Source of the DNA: an uncultured Spirochaetales bacterium
Lineage (GTDB): Bacteria > Spirochaetota > Spirochaetia > DSM-27196 > DATKUC01
Direction: 5' to 3'
DNA length: 64,000 bases
Assembly: GCA_964553615.1 (NCBI GenBank)
Contig: CAZKMA010000001.1
Location: 14,209 to 78,208, forward strand
Made by a program: the position numbers and the translations under genes. Below the pieces are notes generated by a model. That model did no database searches. It worked only from the letters and a program-made list of their open reading frames with translations, and was not told where the DNA came from. Positions 1 to 10,005 of the stretch are shown here, piece by piece (positions within the stretch are counted from its first letter, which is position 1; each line of letters opens with the position of its first letter).

Positions 1-2
1 AC

Positions 3-560
3 ATCCCGCTTCCGGGTGAGCACAATGTTTTGAACGCGCTCGGTGCAATTTCAGTGGCGCTCGAGCTCGGCGTGCCGGAAGAAGTCATTCAGCACGGGCT
101 TCAGGGCTTGACCCCGCAGTTCGGGCGGAGCGAAGTCATACGCGGGCCGGTAACGCTGATTCAGGACTGTTATAACGCAAACCCGGATTCTGTCTCGCAA
201 AGCATATCCGCGATTGAACGGATGGAATGGCGGGGGCGGAAAATCCTGGTGCTCGGAGCCATGATGGAGCTCGGTGAGCAGAGCGAGACGCTGCATCGGG
301 AAGTTGGCCGCGACGCGGCGAAGGCCCGACCGCATGCGATCTTTCTGGTGGGCCCCGAGATGGAGGTGGCAGCGGGTGCTGTAAAGGATGCCGGGTTCGG
401 CGGAGATCTTTTCTTCGCAAAGACAACGGATGAACTTGCCGACGCACTGCGGACATATGTGCAGACGGGCGACCTTGTGCTCCTGAAGGGGTCCCGCAGC
501 CTCGGTCTCGAGACACTGACGCCGGTCATTCGCGGAGAACGGAGTAGTAACCGTGGCTGA
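3..560 (+). CDS. murF: UDP-N-acetylmuramoyl-tripeptide--D-alanyl-D-alanine ligase MurF, C-terminal part (5' end lies outside the window)
   Basis: Frame is open from the window edge (IPLPGEHNVLNALGA...). Mur-ligase C-terminal pattern present (DCYNANPDS, ILVLGAMMELG). ftsW follows in dcw order. Confidence 0.85.
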   Translation: MPLPGEHNVLNALGAISVALELGVPEEVIQHGLQGLTPQFGRSEVIRGPVTLIQDCYNANPDSVSQSISAIERMEWRGRKILVLGAMMELGEQSETLHREVGRDAAKARPHAIFLVGPEMEVAAGAVKDAGFGGDLFFAKTTDELADALRTYVQTGDLVLLKGSRSLGLETLTPVIRGERSSNRG

Positions 561-1698
561 TATCTTCAGCGCCGAAAGAATAGAACGAACTCCCGCGGAT
601 TTTGCGCTTTCCGGCGTCCTCTTCCTGCTTCTCGGGGTTGGTCTCTCCATGTTGTTCTCCGCTTCCTATTACTGGGCCCAGACTCTCGTGCAGGATCCGT
701 ACTTCTTCTTCAAGCGTCAATTGATCTGGGTATCCATTGGTCTGGTGCTTGGATTCCTGGCAAGCCGAATTTCGATGGGATTCCTGAAGAAGACTGTTCC
801 GTGGATCCTCCTCATCACGCTTGCGTCAATGTTGCTCACGTTTGTTCCGGGCGTTGGAACGAAGTATCTCGGTGCGCGCAGATGGATCTTCCTTTTCGGT
901 GTCTCATTTCAGCCCTCGGAACTTGTGAAGATATCGCTGGTCATCTATCTGGCATACATACTTGAAAAGAAGCAGCAGAACTTTCACGATGTTGTGAACA
1001 GTCTGCTGCCCCCATTCATTATTGCAATCCTGTTCACCGGTCTTATCTACATGCAGAATGACTATTCAACCGCGATATTTGTCCTCGCTGTGGCTGCCAC
1101 GATGTTCTTTGTTGCCAGGGTGCCACTGCGATACTTCCTGACCGTCGGTCTCACTGTTATTCCTTTTGCGACATTGCTCCTGTTGACCCGGGAGCACCGC
1201 GTGAAGCGAATTATCGCTTTTCTGGATCCGCACATCGATCCGGCAGGAATAGGGTATCAGATCCTTGCTTCGAAGTCGGCGCTCATTAATGGCGGTCTGT
1301 GGGGACGTGGAATTGGTGAGAGTGTCCGGAAGTTCGGCGGTCTTCCCGAGGCCCATTCGGACTTCATCTTTTCGATTCTCGGGGAAGAACTCGGGTTCGT
1401 CGGCGTAGTCCTCATACTTGCGCTCTTTCTTTTTCTCGCCTACCGGGGATACCGGATTTCCTATTACACACAGGATACATTCCGCTCCCTGTTGGCGTTC
1501 GGTCTGACGAGTAGCCTGGTGTTTCAGGCCTTTCTCAACATGGGGGTAGTTGTTGGCCTGGTGCCGGCGACCGGAATCACATTGCCGTTTTTTTCGGCCG
1601 GTGGTTCCTCGATCCTGGTTTCCATGGTCATGTGCGGTCTGTTGATCAATATCTCACGTTATGCAGGAAATGCCGCTGAGGAGGTTCGAGGTGGCTGA
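553..1698 (+). CDS. ftsW: SEDS-family peptidoglycan polymerase FtsW
   Basis: 381 aa polytopic membrane protein with FtsW/RodA motifs (GARRWI..FQPSELVK, PEAHSDFIFS, TGITLPFFSAGGSS). dcw context. GTG start overlaps the murF stop by 8 nt. Confidence 0.9.
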   Translation: MADIFSAERIERTPADFALSGVLFLLLGVGLSMLFSASYYWAQTLVQDPYFFFKRQLIWVSIGLVLGFLASRISMGFLKKTVPWILLITLASMLLTFVPGVGTKYLGARRWIFLFGVSFQPSELVKISLVIYLAYILEKKQQNFHDVVNSLLPPFIIAILFTGLIYMQNDYSTAIFVLAVAATMFFVARVPLRYFLTVGLTVIPFATLLLLTREHRVKRIIAFLDPHIDPAGIGYQILASKSALINGGLWGRGIGESVRKFGGLPEAHSDFIFSILGEELGFVGVVLILALFLFLAYRGYRISYYTQDTFRSLLAFGLTSSLVFQAFLNMGVVVGLVPATGITLPFFSAGGSSILVSMVMCGLLINISRYAGNAAEEVRGG

Positions 1699-2560
1699 TC
1701 AGTTGATATTTACTCGCGGATTTGACCACACCGATGAGAGACAGCGTCTCGGTGCCCGATCCGCTCGCACGGTTCGAAACAGAAGTTCCGCACAGAGCGC
1801 AATCGCCGGCCATGCATTTATCTGGCTTGTTCTCGGGGTTTTCACCATTGTCGGCATTGTTCTGCTCTTTCAGTATGTGGTTGCGCCACGAATGGTTATG
1901 CGTACCTACCACGTGGAGAGTGATCTCAACGTTCCTTCGACGACAATTCTGCGGATTGCCGGACTGGATGGAACACACTACTTCTTCAAGGTTGATCCTC
2001 AGGTAATACAGAAAAGGCTCCAGGCATGGGCACCGGTAAAGCACGCGACCGTAGTGAAGGTCTTTCCCGATACGCTGAGGATTAGTGTGGAGGGAAGGCA
2101 ACCTGTCGGCGTTGCCATGGCCGAAGAGAACGGACGGGAAGCTCCGGTGGCGTTTGACGAAGATGGTGTTGTCTTTGCGATCGGGAAGAAGGTTGCGGAT
2201 CTTGACCTCCCGGTTTTTTCCGGAATCAAGTTCAAGAACTTCAGTCTGGGTGTGAAGCTTCCGCCCATGCTTACGGAGTTCATTCGCGAGGTTCATCAGC
2301 TCAAACTCTCTTCTCCCGCTCTCTACGATTTGATTTCGGAGTACAAGATTATTCCTCGTAACGACCATGAATTCGATGTGCTCCTCTATCCAGTACATCA
2401 CCACGTGGCCGTCGAGATTGGGCCGCATATTAATCGGACGCTCTGCATGTACATTCTTCGGTCGCTTCAGGTCATGGATCGTGAAGGCGCGCTCGGGAAA
2501 GTGAAGGAGATTGATTTCCGAACGAGCGATGTGGTATACACGATGGATAAGGAGGGGTAA
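1661..2560 (+). CDS. ftsQ: Cell division protein FtsQ/DivIB-like (single TM plus POTRA)
   Basis: N-terminal TM (FIWLVLGVFTIVGIVLLF) followed by a POTRA-like segment (ILRIAGLDG...VKVFPDTLRISVEGRQPV). Lies between ftsW and ftsA. Start uncertain (ATG 1661 or 1670). Confidence 0.7.
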   Translation: MQEMPLRRFEVADQLIFTRGFDHTDERQRLGARSARTVRNRSSAQSAIAGHAFIWLVLGVFTIVGIVLLFQYVVAPRMVMRTYHVESDLNVPSTTILRIAGLDGTHYFFKVDPQVIQKRLQAWAPVKHATVVKVFPDTLRISVEGRQPVGVAMAEENGREAPVAFDEDGVVFAIGKKVADLDLPVFSGIKFKNFSLGVKLPPMLTEFIREVHQLKLSSPALYDLISEYKIIPRNDHEFDVLLYPVHHHVAVEIGPHINRTLCMYILRSLQVMDREGALGKVKEIDFRTSDVVYTMDKEG

Positions 2561-3796
2561 TTGCCTTCTGAATCCCTGATTGTTGGGCTTGATATCGGAA
2601 CCACCAAGGTATGTGCCGTTATTGCGGAGTTTAACGAAGACGGCGCTCTTGAAGTTCTCGGAATCGGCACCAGCCCATCCTTCGGCCTTCGCCGCGGGGT
2701 TGTTATCAACATCGAATCCACGCTGAAATCTGTTACTGCGGCAATTGAGGCGGCAGAGCAGATGGCCGGGCGCGAGGTGGAGAGTGTCTTTACCGGTATT
2801 GCCGGCGGACACATTGAGGGGCTCAATTCCCGTGGTGTCGTCGCCGTGACGGGGCGTGGAAGAGAGATCACCCAGGCGGACGTGGACCGCGTTCTGGAAG
2901 CCGCAAAAGCGGTAGTCATTCCGATGGACCGGGAAGTTCTCCACGTAATCCCGCAGGAGTTCATAGTTGATGAGCAGGGCGGAATAAAGAACCCGCTCGA
3001 CATGATTGGAGTTCGGCTGGAGGCGGAGGTTCATATCATCACCGGGTCGGTAACCTCTGCGCAGAACCTGATCAAGTGCGTAAATCGGTCCGGGTTCCGA
3101 GTAGATGGAATTGTCCTTGAATCGCTTGCAGCAGCCCGCGCGGTGTTGACAAAAGATGAAAAGGAACTGGGCGTGCTCATGATTGATCTCGGAGGCGGTA
3201 CAACCGATATCCTTGTCTATTTTGACGGTGCACCCTATTTCACCAGCGTAATTTCCATCGGCGGCGCACAGGTGACCGGAGACCTTTCGATTATGTTGAA
3301 GACGCCGGTGGATGCCGCCGAGCGGATAAAACATGAGTCCGGATGCTGCTATATGCCCCTGGTTGAAGACCACGAACCGGTCATTATCCCAGGCGTGGGA
3401 GGTCGCCCGCCGCTTGCGGTGGAACGAAGGCATATCTGTAGCATTATCCAGCCACGGGTCGGGGAAATCCTGAGTATGGTGAAAGAGAAGGTCGAGAAGA
3501 AGGGACTGCTGAGCAAACTCGGCGGTGGAATCGTCTTGACCGGCGGTGGGGCACTCCTTCCGGGAACCGTGGATCTTGCTCAGGAGATTTTCGGAATGGC
3601 GGCGCGAATCGGGCAGCCGTCCGACAACGGTGGATTGCGCAACGAGTATCAGAGTCCGTCCTACGCAACGGCAGTAGGGCTGGTTCTGTACGGAGCAAGC
3701 GTAGCTCAGGTGGAGGGAAGAGAGGCGCCGGTGAACGAACGATCGAGTGGAGTCATGAATGCGCTAGGAAAGTGGATCAGGAATTTTTTCGAATGA
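2561..3796 (+). CDS. ftsA: Cell division protein FtsA (actin-like ATPase)
   Basis: VGLDIGTTKVCAVI, DLGGGTTDI and VLTGGGALLPG motifs. TTG start follows the AAGGAGGGG SD. Immediately upstream of ftsZ. Confidence 0.93.
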   Translation: MPSESLIVGLDIGTTKVCAVIAEFNEDGALEVLGIGTSPSFGLRRGVVINIESTLKSVTAAIEAAEQMAGREVESVFTGIAGGHIEGLNSRGVVAVTGRGREITQADVDRVLEAAKAVVIPMDREVLHVIPQEFIVDEQGGIKNPLDMIGVRLEAEVHIITGSVTSAQNLIKCVNRSGFRVDGIVLESLAAARAVLTKDEKELGVLMIDLGGGTTDILVYFDGAPYFTSVISIGGAQVTGDLSIMLKTPVDAAERIKHESGCCYMPLVEDHEPVIIPGVGGRPPLAVERRHICSIIQPRVGEILSMVKEKVEKKGLLSKLGGGIVLTGGGALLPGTVDLAQEIFGMAARIGQPSDNGGLRNEYQSPSYATAVGLVLYGASVAQVEGREAPVNERSSGVMNALGKWIRNFFE

Positions 3797-3837
3797 AGAT
3801 TTAGATGCTCGCGTAGGGTGCTCAAAGGGGAGGGGAT

Positions 3838-5091
3838 ATGAAATTTGAGATTCTCGAAGATGGCCGGGACTTCGAAGCGGACTTCGGCAGTCCTACGGTC
3901 ATAAAAGTTGTCGGTGTTGGCGGCGGTGGGAGTAACGCAGTCAATCGGATGATTGCCAGCGGTTTGACGAATGTTGAGTTCATCGCGGTCAATACCGACT
4001 TGCAGGCGCTGCAGCTATCCCACGCCGAGACGCGCATGCCGCTCGGGTCCAAGCTGACCGGAGGCCTCGGAGCCGGCGGAAAGCCTGATGTGGGCGAAAA
4101 GGCCGCGCTCGAAGATCGTGACGACATAGCCGACATGATCAAGGGCGCCGACATGGTGTTCATCACCGCAGGAATGGGCGGCGGGACCGGTACCGGCGCC
4201 GCACCGGTGATTGCCGGTGTTGCGAAGGAACTGGGAATTCTCACCGTTGCGGTGGTTACCAAACCGTTCGATTTCGAGGGCAGGCGGAAGCTGCAGCTTG
4301 CGGAAGAGGGTATTCGAAAGCTTCGCGGAAACGTTGATACCCTCATAACGATACCAAACCAGCACCTTCTCAAGATCGTGGAACGGCGCACTCCTATCAA
4401 GGAAGCGTTCCTTCTCGCCGACGACGTTCTTCGTCAGGGCGTTCAGGGTATCTCGGATCTGATTACGAAACCGGGCGAGATCAACATTGACTTCGCCGAC
4501 GTCAAGACTATCATGAGCGGGCAGGGAGATGCTCTTATGGGCATCGGACTTGGCGAGGGAGACAATCGTGCTGTCGACGCTGCCACGAACGCCATAAACA
4601 ATCCGCTGCTCGAGGACGCCCGAATCGAAGGTGCCAAGGGCATACTCGTGAACGTGACCGGCGGATCGGACTTCTCACTTACCGAATACGAAGAGGTTCT
4701 CAATATAATTACCGCAAATGCCGCCGACGACGCGCTGGTAATAGCAGGCAGTGCGGTAGACGAGCTCATGGACAACGAAGTCAAGGTCACCGTAATCGCG
4801 ACCGGGTTCAAATCATACAACATTGACGACAAACCGGCGCGGACCGAAGAGAAAAAGAGTGACTACATCTCTCTCGATGCATGGATCGAAATGACGAGCG
4901 GCCACAGCGGCAAAGAGCACTCGGATCACGCCGGGCGTGAGCGGATCGCGATGGGGCAGGATGAGCTGTTTCGGACCGGAGATCTTGAGGAACAGGAGCT
5001 CGGAATCCCGGCCGTGCTGCGCTACAAGCGCAACAATGGTTCGAACGGCGGGGTCAATGGAAATGCGACCGGCGGAGGGAGCGGAGTCTGA
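3838..5091 (+). CDS. ftsZ: Cell division GTPase FtsZ
   Basis: Tubulin signature [20 protein letters not shown], and C-terminal peptide [11 protein letters not shown]. Strong SD GGGGAGGGG. Confidence 0.97.
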   Translation: MKFEILEDGRDFEADFGSPTVIKVVGVGGGGSNAVNRMIASGLTNVEFIAVNTDLQALQLSHAETRMPLGSKLTGGLGAGGKPDVGEKAALEDRDDIADMIKGADMVFITAGMGGGTGTGAAPVIAGVAKELGILTVAVVTKPFDFEGRRKLQLAEEGIRKLRGNVDTLITIPNQHLLKIVERRTPIKEAFLLADDVLRQGVQGISDLITKPGEINIDFADVKTIMSGQGDALMGIGLGEGDNRAVDAATNAINNPLLEDARIEGAKGILVNVTGGSDFSLTEYEEVLNIITANAADDALVIAGSAVDELMDNEVKVTVIATGFKSYNIDDKPARTEEKKSDYISLDAWIEMTSGHSGKEHSDHAGRERIAMGQDELFRTGDLEEQELGIPAVLRYKRNNGSNGGVNGNATGGGSGV

Positions 5092-5095
5092 GCGT

Positions 5096-5989
5096 ATGGC
5101 GAATCAGGATGTCCTTCTGCGATTTCAGAACTACCTGATAGTAGAGCTTCGATTGGCGCGTCGAACCGTGGAAACATACCTTCGGGAATGTTCATTCTTT
5201 CTGGACTATCTCGATGCGAAAGGAATGGATCCGGCCGCGGTGGACAGCACCGGCGTCATTGAATATCTGATACGCCGGCAGACCGGAAAACAGGGGCTCG
5301 AACAGCGCACCATCGCCAAAGTAGTCTCGAGTTTGCGTTCTTTCTTTCAATTCCTGGTGGTTATCAAACGGCGGAACAACAACCCGGCGCTGCTTGTTGA
5401 AATGCCGAAGATGGAACATCGAGTTCCCGGCGTTTTGCGCGTAGACGAGGTTGAGATGCTTCTGGAAACAATTGAAACCGACACGCCGAACGGGCTTCGG
5501 GATCGTGCGCTGTTTGAGCTCATCTATTCCTGTGGGCTGCGCATCTCCGAAGCTGTCGAACTGAGCGTGCGCAATCTGTTCCTGGATGAGGGTCTCATTC
5601 GAGTGCGCGGAAAGGGAGATAAGGAGAGACTGGTCCCGGTCGGCGGTGAAGCAATTACGTGGCTGAACCGCTATCTTGAGTTCGGCCGTCCGGAATTGAC
5701 GCGTTCGAACCATCGTACGGAAAAGCTCTTCCTCAACCATCTTGGAAACGGGCTGTCTCGAAAAGGCATGTGGAAGCGATTTCGCGAAATTACGGGAAGA
5801 AGCGGTATCGAGGCAAAGGTTCATACGCTTCGTCACTCTTTCGCGACACACCTTCTGGAGGGCGGAGCGGATCTGCGTGCGGTTCAGGAACTACTGGGAC
5901 ACTCGGATATCAGTACAACCCAGATCTACACGCATATCGATAAAGATGATCTTCAGACCTACCATCGGGATTATCATCCCCGCGGATGA
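5096..5989 (+). CDS. xerD: Tyrosine recombinase XerD
   Basis: Phage-integrase SAM-like N domain plus catalytic region ([20 protein letters not shown]; [39 protein letters not shown]). The ATG at 5096 lies 5 nt after the ftsZ stop. The longer track ORF from 4937 overlaps ftsZ and was rejected. Confidence 0.88.
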   Translation: MANQDVLLRFQNYLIVELRLARRTVETYLRECSFFLDYLDAKGMDPAAVDSTGVIEYLIRRQTGKQGLEQRTIAKVVSSLRSFFQFLVVIKRRNNNPALLVEMPKMEHRVPGVLRVDEVEMLLETIETDTPNGLRDRALFELIYSCGLRISEAVELSVRNLFLDEGLIRVRGKGDKERLVPVGGEAITWLNRYLEFGRPELTRSNHRTEKLFLNHLGNGLSRKGMWKRFREITGRSGIEAKVHTLRHSFATHLLEGGADLRAVQELLGHSDISTTQIYTHIDKDDLQTYHRDYHPRG

Positions 5990-6045
5990 GTCTGAAGCTG
6001 GAAGCAGGGGCATAAATCGGGTGTATACCTGATGGAGGCGAACCG

Positions 6046-6765
6046 GTGAAGAGAATGATAATCGTCACATGCGCATGCTTGCTTGTCCTTGGAGGATGCC
6101 AGCGGAACATGGACTCCATCGTGAATCGGCTCCGTTCACTCGACAGCACCGGGTACAAGGGGCAGCCCGCCTCAACCGCACATATAGAGAAGCTGAAGGC
6201 CGCAATTGAGAAGTATCGGAAGGTGGTGAACGCAAAGGTCAATGCAGCCGACAGTGAAACCGAATACTACAAGATGCTCGCACTTGCCTATCTGGACAGC
6301 AAGATGTACGGACTTGCACTGGATGCTCTGACGAGTGCCGTCCGGCTCGAGCCGGCAAATCCTGTTCTCTTCTATTATGCAGGGATTGCCGCAGGGATGA
6401 TGGGGAAGGCGGACCTGGATCCAACGGCCGCAAGAGACTACTTCGGACGGTCGGAAAAGTCCTATCGCCGTGCATTGGCTCTCGATCCTACCTACAGCGA
6501 AGCAATGTACGGACTGGGAGTCCTTCTGACTTTTGAGCTGCACGAGCCGAGTCAGGCTGAGCCCATCGTGAAGAAGCTGGTCAGTCTCCAGCCCAACGAT
6601 ACCGACGCTCAATTCCTGCTCGCACGGATCTACGTGGAGACCGGACGCACGGAGGATGCCGCACGGCTGTATGACGGCATAGCAAAATCCAGCAAGGATC
6701 CGCAGGCACGCAGCCATGCAGAGGAGAATCGCAAGCAGCTCCTGCAGAGGATGGGAAATGGCTGA
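6046..6765 (+). CDS. TPR-repeat lipoprotein (function unknown)
   Basis: Signal peptide with lipobox (LLVLGGC). TPR-like repeats (YKMLALAYLDSKMYGLALDAL..., YSEAMYGLGVLL, AQFLLARIYVETGRTEDA). Confidence 0.7.
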   Translation: MKRMIIVTCACLLVLGGCQRNMDSIVNRLRSLDSTGYKGQPASTAHIEKLKAAIEKYRKVVNAKVNAADSETEYYKMLALAYLDSKMYGLALDALTSAVRLEPANPVLFYYAGIAAGMMGKADLDPTAARDYFGRSEKSYRRALALDPTYSEAMYGLGVLLTFELHEPSQAEPIVKKLVSLQPNDTDAQFLLARIYVETGRTEDAARLYDGIAKSSKDPQARSHAEENRKQLLQRMGNG

Positions 6766-7903
6766 ACCGGTTGTTACTCTCGCAATCCATTCCCTCGAGA
6801 CTCTCCATACAACGGAGAAGCTTTCGCTGCTGGACACGGTTACAACCGAATCCGATTTTCTTCGTCTTTCACGTCGGAAAGTCGAAGAAATTATTGGCCG
6901 GAGGCTGAAAATTCGAGAATTTCGGCCCGAAGGACTCCTTCAGGCGGCATCAAAAGATCTGAAATACTTGACGCAAGCGCAAATTGCATACACATTCTAC
7001 TGGAGCGGGGACTACCCGCCGCTGCTTCGCGAGATTTACGATCCGCCCTTTGTCCTGTTTTACCGTGGACACCTGCCGGACTCGTCGCGTCCGCTCCTGG
7101 CAATAGTTGGAACCCGCCGCCCAACCGGAGTCGGACTTCGTGCCGCATTTCAACTTGGTTCCGAGCTCGGAAGCGAAAATATCTCCGTGGTTTCCGGACT
7201 GGCTCGAGGGGTTGACGCCGCGGCACATCGGGGCAACATCCACGGCGGTGGGAAAACCGTCGCAGTGCTCGGGAGCGGAATAGATCGGATCTACCCGGAT
7301 TCGAACCGGCGGCTCGCCGAATCCATTCTGACGTCTGGCGGAATGATCTGCAGTGAATTTGCGCCGGGCGTTCCTCCGCTGCGACACCATTTCCCCGGTC
7401 GGAACCGGATAATAAGTGGCCTGAGCCGGGGTGTTGTCATTGTCGAGGCGCCTGTACGCTCAGGAGCGCTGATAACCGCCGATTTTTGCCTTGAGCAGGG
7501 ACGGGATCTGTATGTGCACCAGTCCGGGCTGGCCGGACCGAACAGGGAAGGCTGCGCAGAACTTGCCGGAAACGGTGCAGTTATTGTTTCGAGCCCGACG
7601 GAGATCCTGCGCGACTGGTCTGTTGAAACTCCACCGAATGGGCCCGTGCGTGCAGGAGAGCGCCCGATATTGCGCCGCAAGCAGCGAGAGGCGAGATCGA
7701 CGGCGCCGGGACAATTGGAGTTTGAGCTTGAAGACATTCGACCAGAATTGGTGGAGACTGATCTGGTAGATAATTCGGTGCGGACTGGAACTGCACTGGC
7801 AGATTTGATGCGACGGGAGCTTGCAGGCACCGTCACTACATATTATGGAGCATATTTCAGGAGAAGCGACCGATGGCAGAAAAGAAGGTTCACACGTTGT
7901 TGA
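6758..7903 (+). CDS. dprA: DNA processing protein DprA (Smf)
   Basis: Rossmann-like DprA core (LAIVGTRRPT, VVSGLARGVDAAAHRG, AVLGSGIDRIYP, HHFPGRNRIISGLS, VVIVEAPVRSGALITA). The ATG at 6758 overlaps the previous stop by 8 nt. Confidence 0.9.
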   Translation: MAEPVVTLAIHSLETLHTTEKLSLLDTVTTESDFLRLSRRKVEEIIGRRLKIREFRPEGLLQAASKDLKYLTQAQIAYTFYWSGDYPPLLREIYDPPFVLFYRGHLPDSSRPLLAIVGTRRPTGVGLRAAFQLGSELGSENISVVSGLARGVDAAAHRGNIHGGGKTVAVLGSGIDRIYPDSNRRLAESILTSGGMICSEFAPGVPPLRHHFPGRNRIISGLSRGVVIVEAPVRSGALITADFCLEQGRDLYVHQSGLAGPNREGCAELAGNGAVIVSSPTEILRDWSVETPPNGPVRAGERPILRRKQREARSTAPGQLEFELEDIRPELVETDLVDNSVRTGTALADLMRRELAGTVTTYYGAYFRRSDRWQKRRFTRC

Positions 7904-10002
7904 TCGTGGAGTCTCCCGCGAAGGCCAAGACCATCGAGAAGTATCTCGGGAAAGGCTACGCGGTTGAGGCATCCATGGGGCATCTCATAGACCTTCCAAA
8001 GTCGCGATTGGCGATTGACGTGGAAAGTTCGTTTGAGCCTGAATACATTACCGTTCGGGGAAAGGCCAAGATTCTCAAGGAACTGACGAAGAAGGCAAAA
8101 AAGGCGGGACATGTGCTGCTTGCCTCTGATAATGACCGTGAGGGAGAAGCTATCTCCTATCATCTTCAGCGGGCATTCCTGACCAAGAGCCCCGATCTGG
8201 ATATCCAGCGAATCGTGTTCAATGAGATCACGCCGACGGCAATCCGCGAAGCGGTAGCGCACCCGAGCAAACTGGATCAGGACAAGGTGAGCGCGCAGAA
8301 GGCGCGTCGCGTACTCGATCGGATTGTAGGTTATAATCTGTCCCCGATCCTGTGGAAGAAGGTCAAGAACGGTCTTTCCGCCGGACGAGTCCAGTCGGTT
8401 GCGTTGCGGCTGATCTGCGACCGGGAGGCGGAAGTTGAAGCTTTTATTCCCGAAGAGTACTGGACGCTGGACGCGGATCTCGGCGTCGGGAAGAATCAAT
8501 TCCGGGCACAGCTCGTGAAGTTCCGGGACGAGAGACCGGAAATCAAGAATGAATCGGCCGTGCGGCAGATCATGGAAGCACTTTCCGGCAAACCCTATTC
8601 GGTTGTGGACGTGAAGGAGAGTGAGAAGACAATTCGCCCGAAGGCACCGTTCACGACATCCCAGCTCCAGCAGACGGCGGCGAACCGACTCGGATTTACT
8701 TCAAAGAAGACAATGCAGATTGCTCAGCAGCTGTACGAAGGTATAAACCTCGGTTCAGACCGGATCGGGCTTATCACCTACATGCGTACAGATTCCACCC
8801 GCGTGGCACAATCTGCTCTTGACGAAGTGAGAAAACACATCGGAGAGAACTTTCCCAAGGAGCTTCCTGGGGAGCCGAACAGCTACAGCATGGGCAAGGG
8901 CGCGCAGGATGCCCATGAGGCAATCCGACCGACGGTGGTTGCCTACGCACCGGACGCCATCAAGGAAAGCCTTACAAAGGATCAGCATCGTCTCTATTCG
9001 ATAATCTGGGAGCGTTTTGTATCCAGCCAGATGACGCCTGCGCGGACAAAGTCTGTATCGATTGAAATTCAGGCGGGCGACGGCGTGTTCCGCGTTACGA
9101 CCACCAAGGTTGTGGAGAAGGGATTCCAGCGCGTTCTCAAGCTCCTTGGCACCAAGGAAAAGAATGAACGTGTACCGGCACTCTCCCTCGGAGACCCGGT
9201 TGAACTCATTCAGTTGTTGCCCGAGCAGCATTTCACCTCCGGTCCGCCGCGCTACACCGATGCATCCATCGTAAAGACCCTCGAAGAAAAGGGTATTGGC
9301 CGACCCTCGACTTATGCGCCCATCATTTCGGTTTTGCTGGACCGGTATTATGTCGTACGAAAGAACAAACAGCTTCAGGCAACTCCACTCGGCCGAATCA
9401 TCAGCGGCATCCTCACGACCTCGTTTCCGGATGTGCTTGACGTAAATTTTACGGCGGAAATGGAACAACGGCTGGACCGCGTTGAGGATTCTCAGGAAGA
9501 GTGGGTAAACATGATCCGCAATTTCTACCAGCCATTCAAGCATCGAGTGGATCACGTCATGGAGACTCTGGAATCCATCAAGGGCGTAATGGATGAAGAG
9601 ACCGAATACGTCTGCGAAAAGTGCGGACGCAAGATGCTCAAGAAACTGGGACGCTACGGATTCTTCCTTGCATGTTCCGGTTTCCCCGAGTGCATGAATA
9701 CCCGCTCGGTCCCGCTCGCCGATTGTCCGCGGCCGAATTGCGGCGGTAAGATTGTTGCCAGGAAGAAACAGGGTGGCCGTGGAAAAGAGTTCTATGGGTG
9801 CACGAACTACCCCGAGTGTGACTTCATCAGCCACTTCAAGCCGACTTCAAGCGTCTGCCCGAAGTGTGGCTGGTTTCTGGTGCAAAAATCCGACAAGCGC
9901 CGTGGCACTTACAAGGCATGTATCAATCCTGATTGCGAATACCTCCACTCACATCAAGAAGAGGGGGAGGAAGTTCTCGTGGGAGCGGAGGCGGAAGAGT
10001 AA
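7873..10002 (+). CDS. topA: DNA topoisomerase I (type IA) with C-terminal Zn-ribbon repeats
   Basis: Toprim N-terminus (LLIVESPAKAKTIEKYLG, ASDNDREGEAIS). Active-site region GLITYMRTDS. Three CxxC...C..PEC-type zinc fingers at the C-terminus. Confidence 0.96.
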   Translation: MAEKKVHTLLIVESPAKAKTIEKYLGKGYAVEASMGHLIDLPKSRLAIDVESSFEPEYITVRGKAKILKELTKKAKKAGHVLLASDNDREGEAISYHLQRAFLTKSPDLDIQRIVFNEITPTAIREAVAHPSKLDQDKVSAQKARRVLDRIVGYNLSPILWKKVKNGLSAGRVQSVALRLICDREAEVEAFIPEEYWTLDADLGVGKNQFRAQLVKFRDERPEIKNESAVRQIMEALSGKPYSVVDVKESEKTIRPKAPFTTSQLQQTAANRLGFTSKKTMQIAQQLYEGINLGSDRIGLITYMRTDSTRVAQSALDEVRKHIGENFPKELPGEPNSYSMGKGAQDAHEAIRPTVVAYAPDAIKESLTKDQHRLYSIIWERFVSSQMTPARTKSVSIEIQAGDGVFRVTTTKVVEKGFQRVLKLLGTKEKNERVPALSLGDPVELIQLLPEQHFTSGPPRYTDASIVKTLEEKGIGRPSTYAPIISVLLDRYYVVRKNKQLQATPLGRIISGILTTSFPDVLDVNFTAEMEQRLDRVEDSQEEWVNMIRNFYQPFKHRVDHVMETLESIKGVMDEETEYVCEKCGRKMLKKLGRYGFFLACSGFPECMNTRSVPLADCPRPNCGGKIVARKKQGGRGKEFYGCTNYPECDFISHFKPTSSVCPKCGWFLVQKSDKRRGTYKACINPDCEYLHSHQEEGEEVLVGAEAEE

Positions 10003-10005
10003 GAA

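Noticed and set aside
1646-3433. 595-aa ORF on the minus strand spanning ftsQ and ftsA
   Set aside because: It is fully antisense to two confidently identified genes (POTRA FtsQ and FtsA with ATPase motifs). Its translation is R/H/C/N-rich with no recognisable motif. This is a typical shadow ORF in GC-biased coding DNA.
4937-5095. N-terminal 53-codon extension of the XerD ORF overlapping the 3' end of ftsZ
   Set aside because: The extension is an alternate frame of the ftsZ C-terminus. The recombinase homology begins at [14 protein letters not shown] (ATG 5096), 5 nt after the ftsZ stop.
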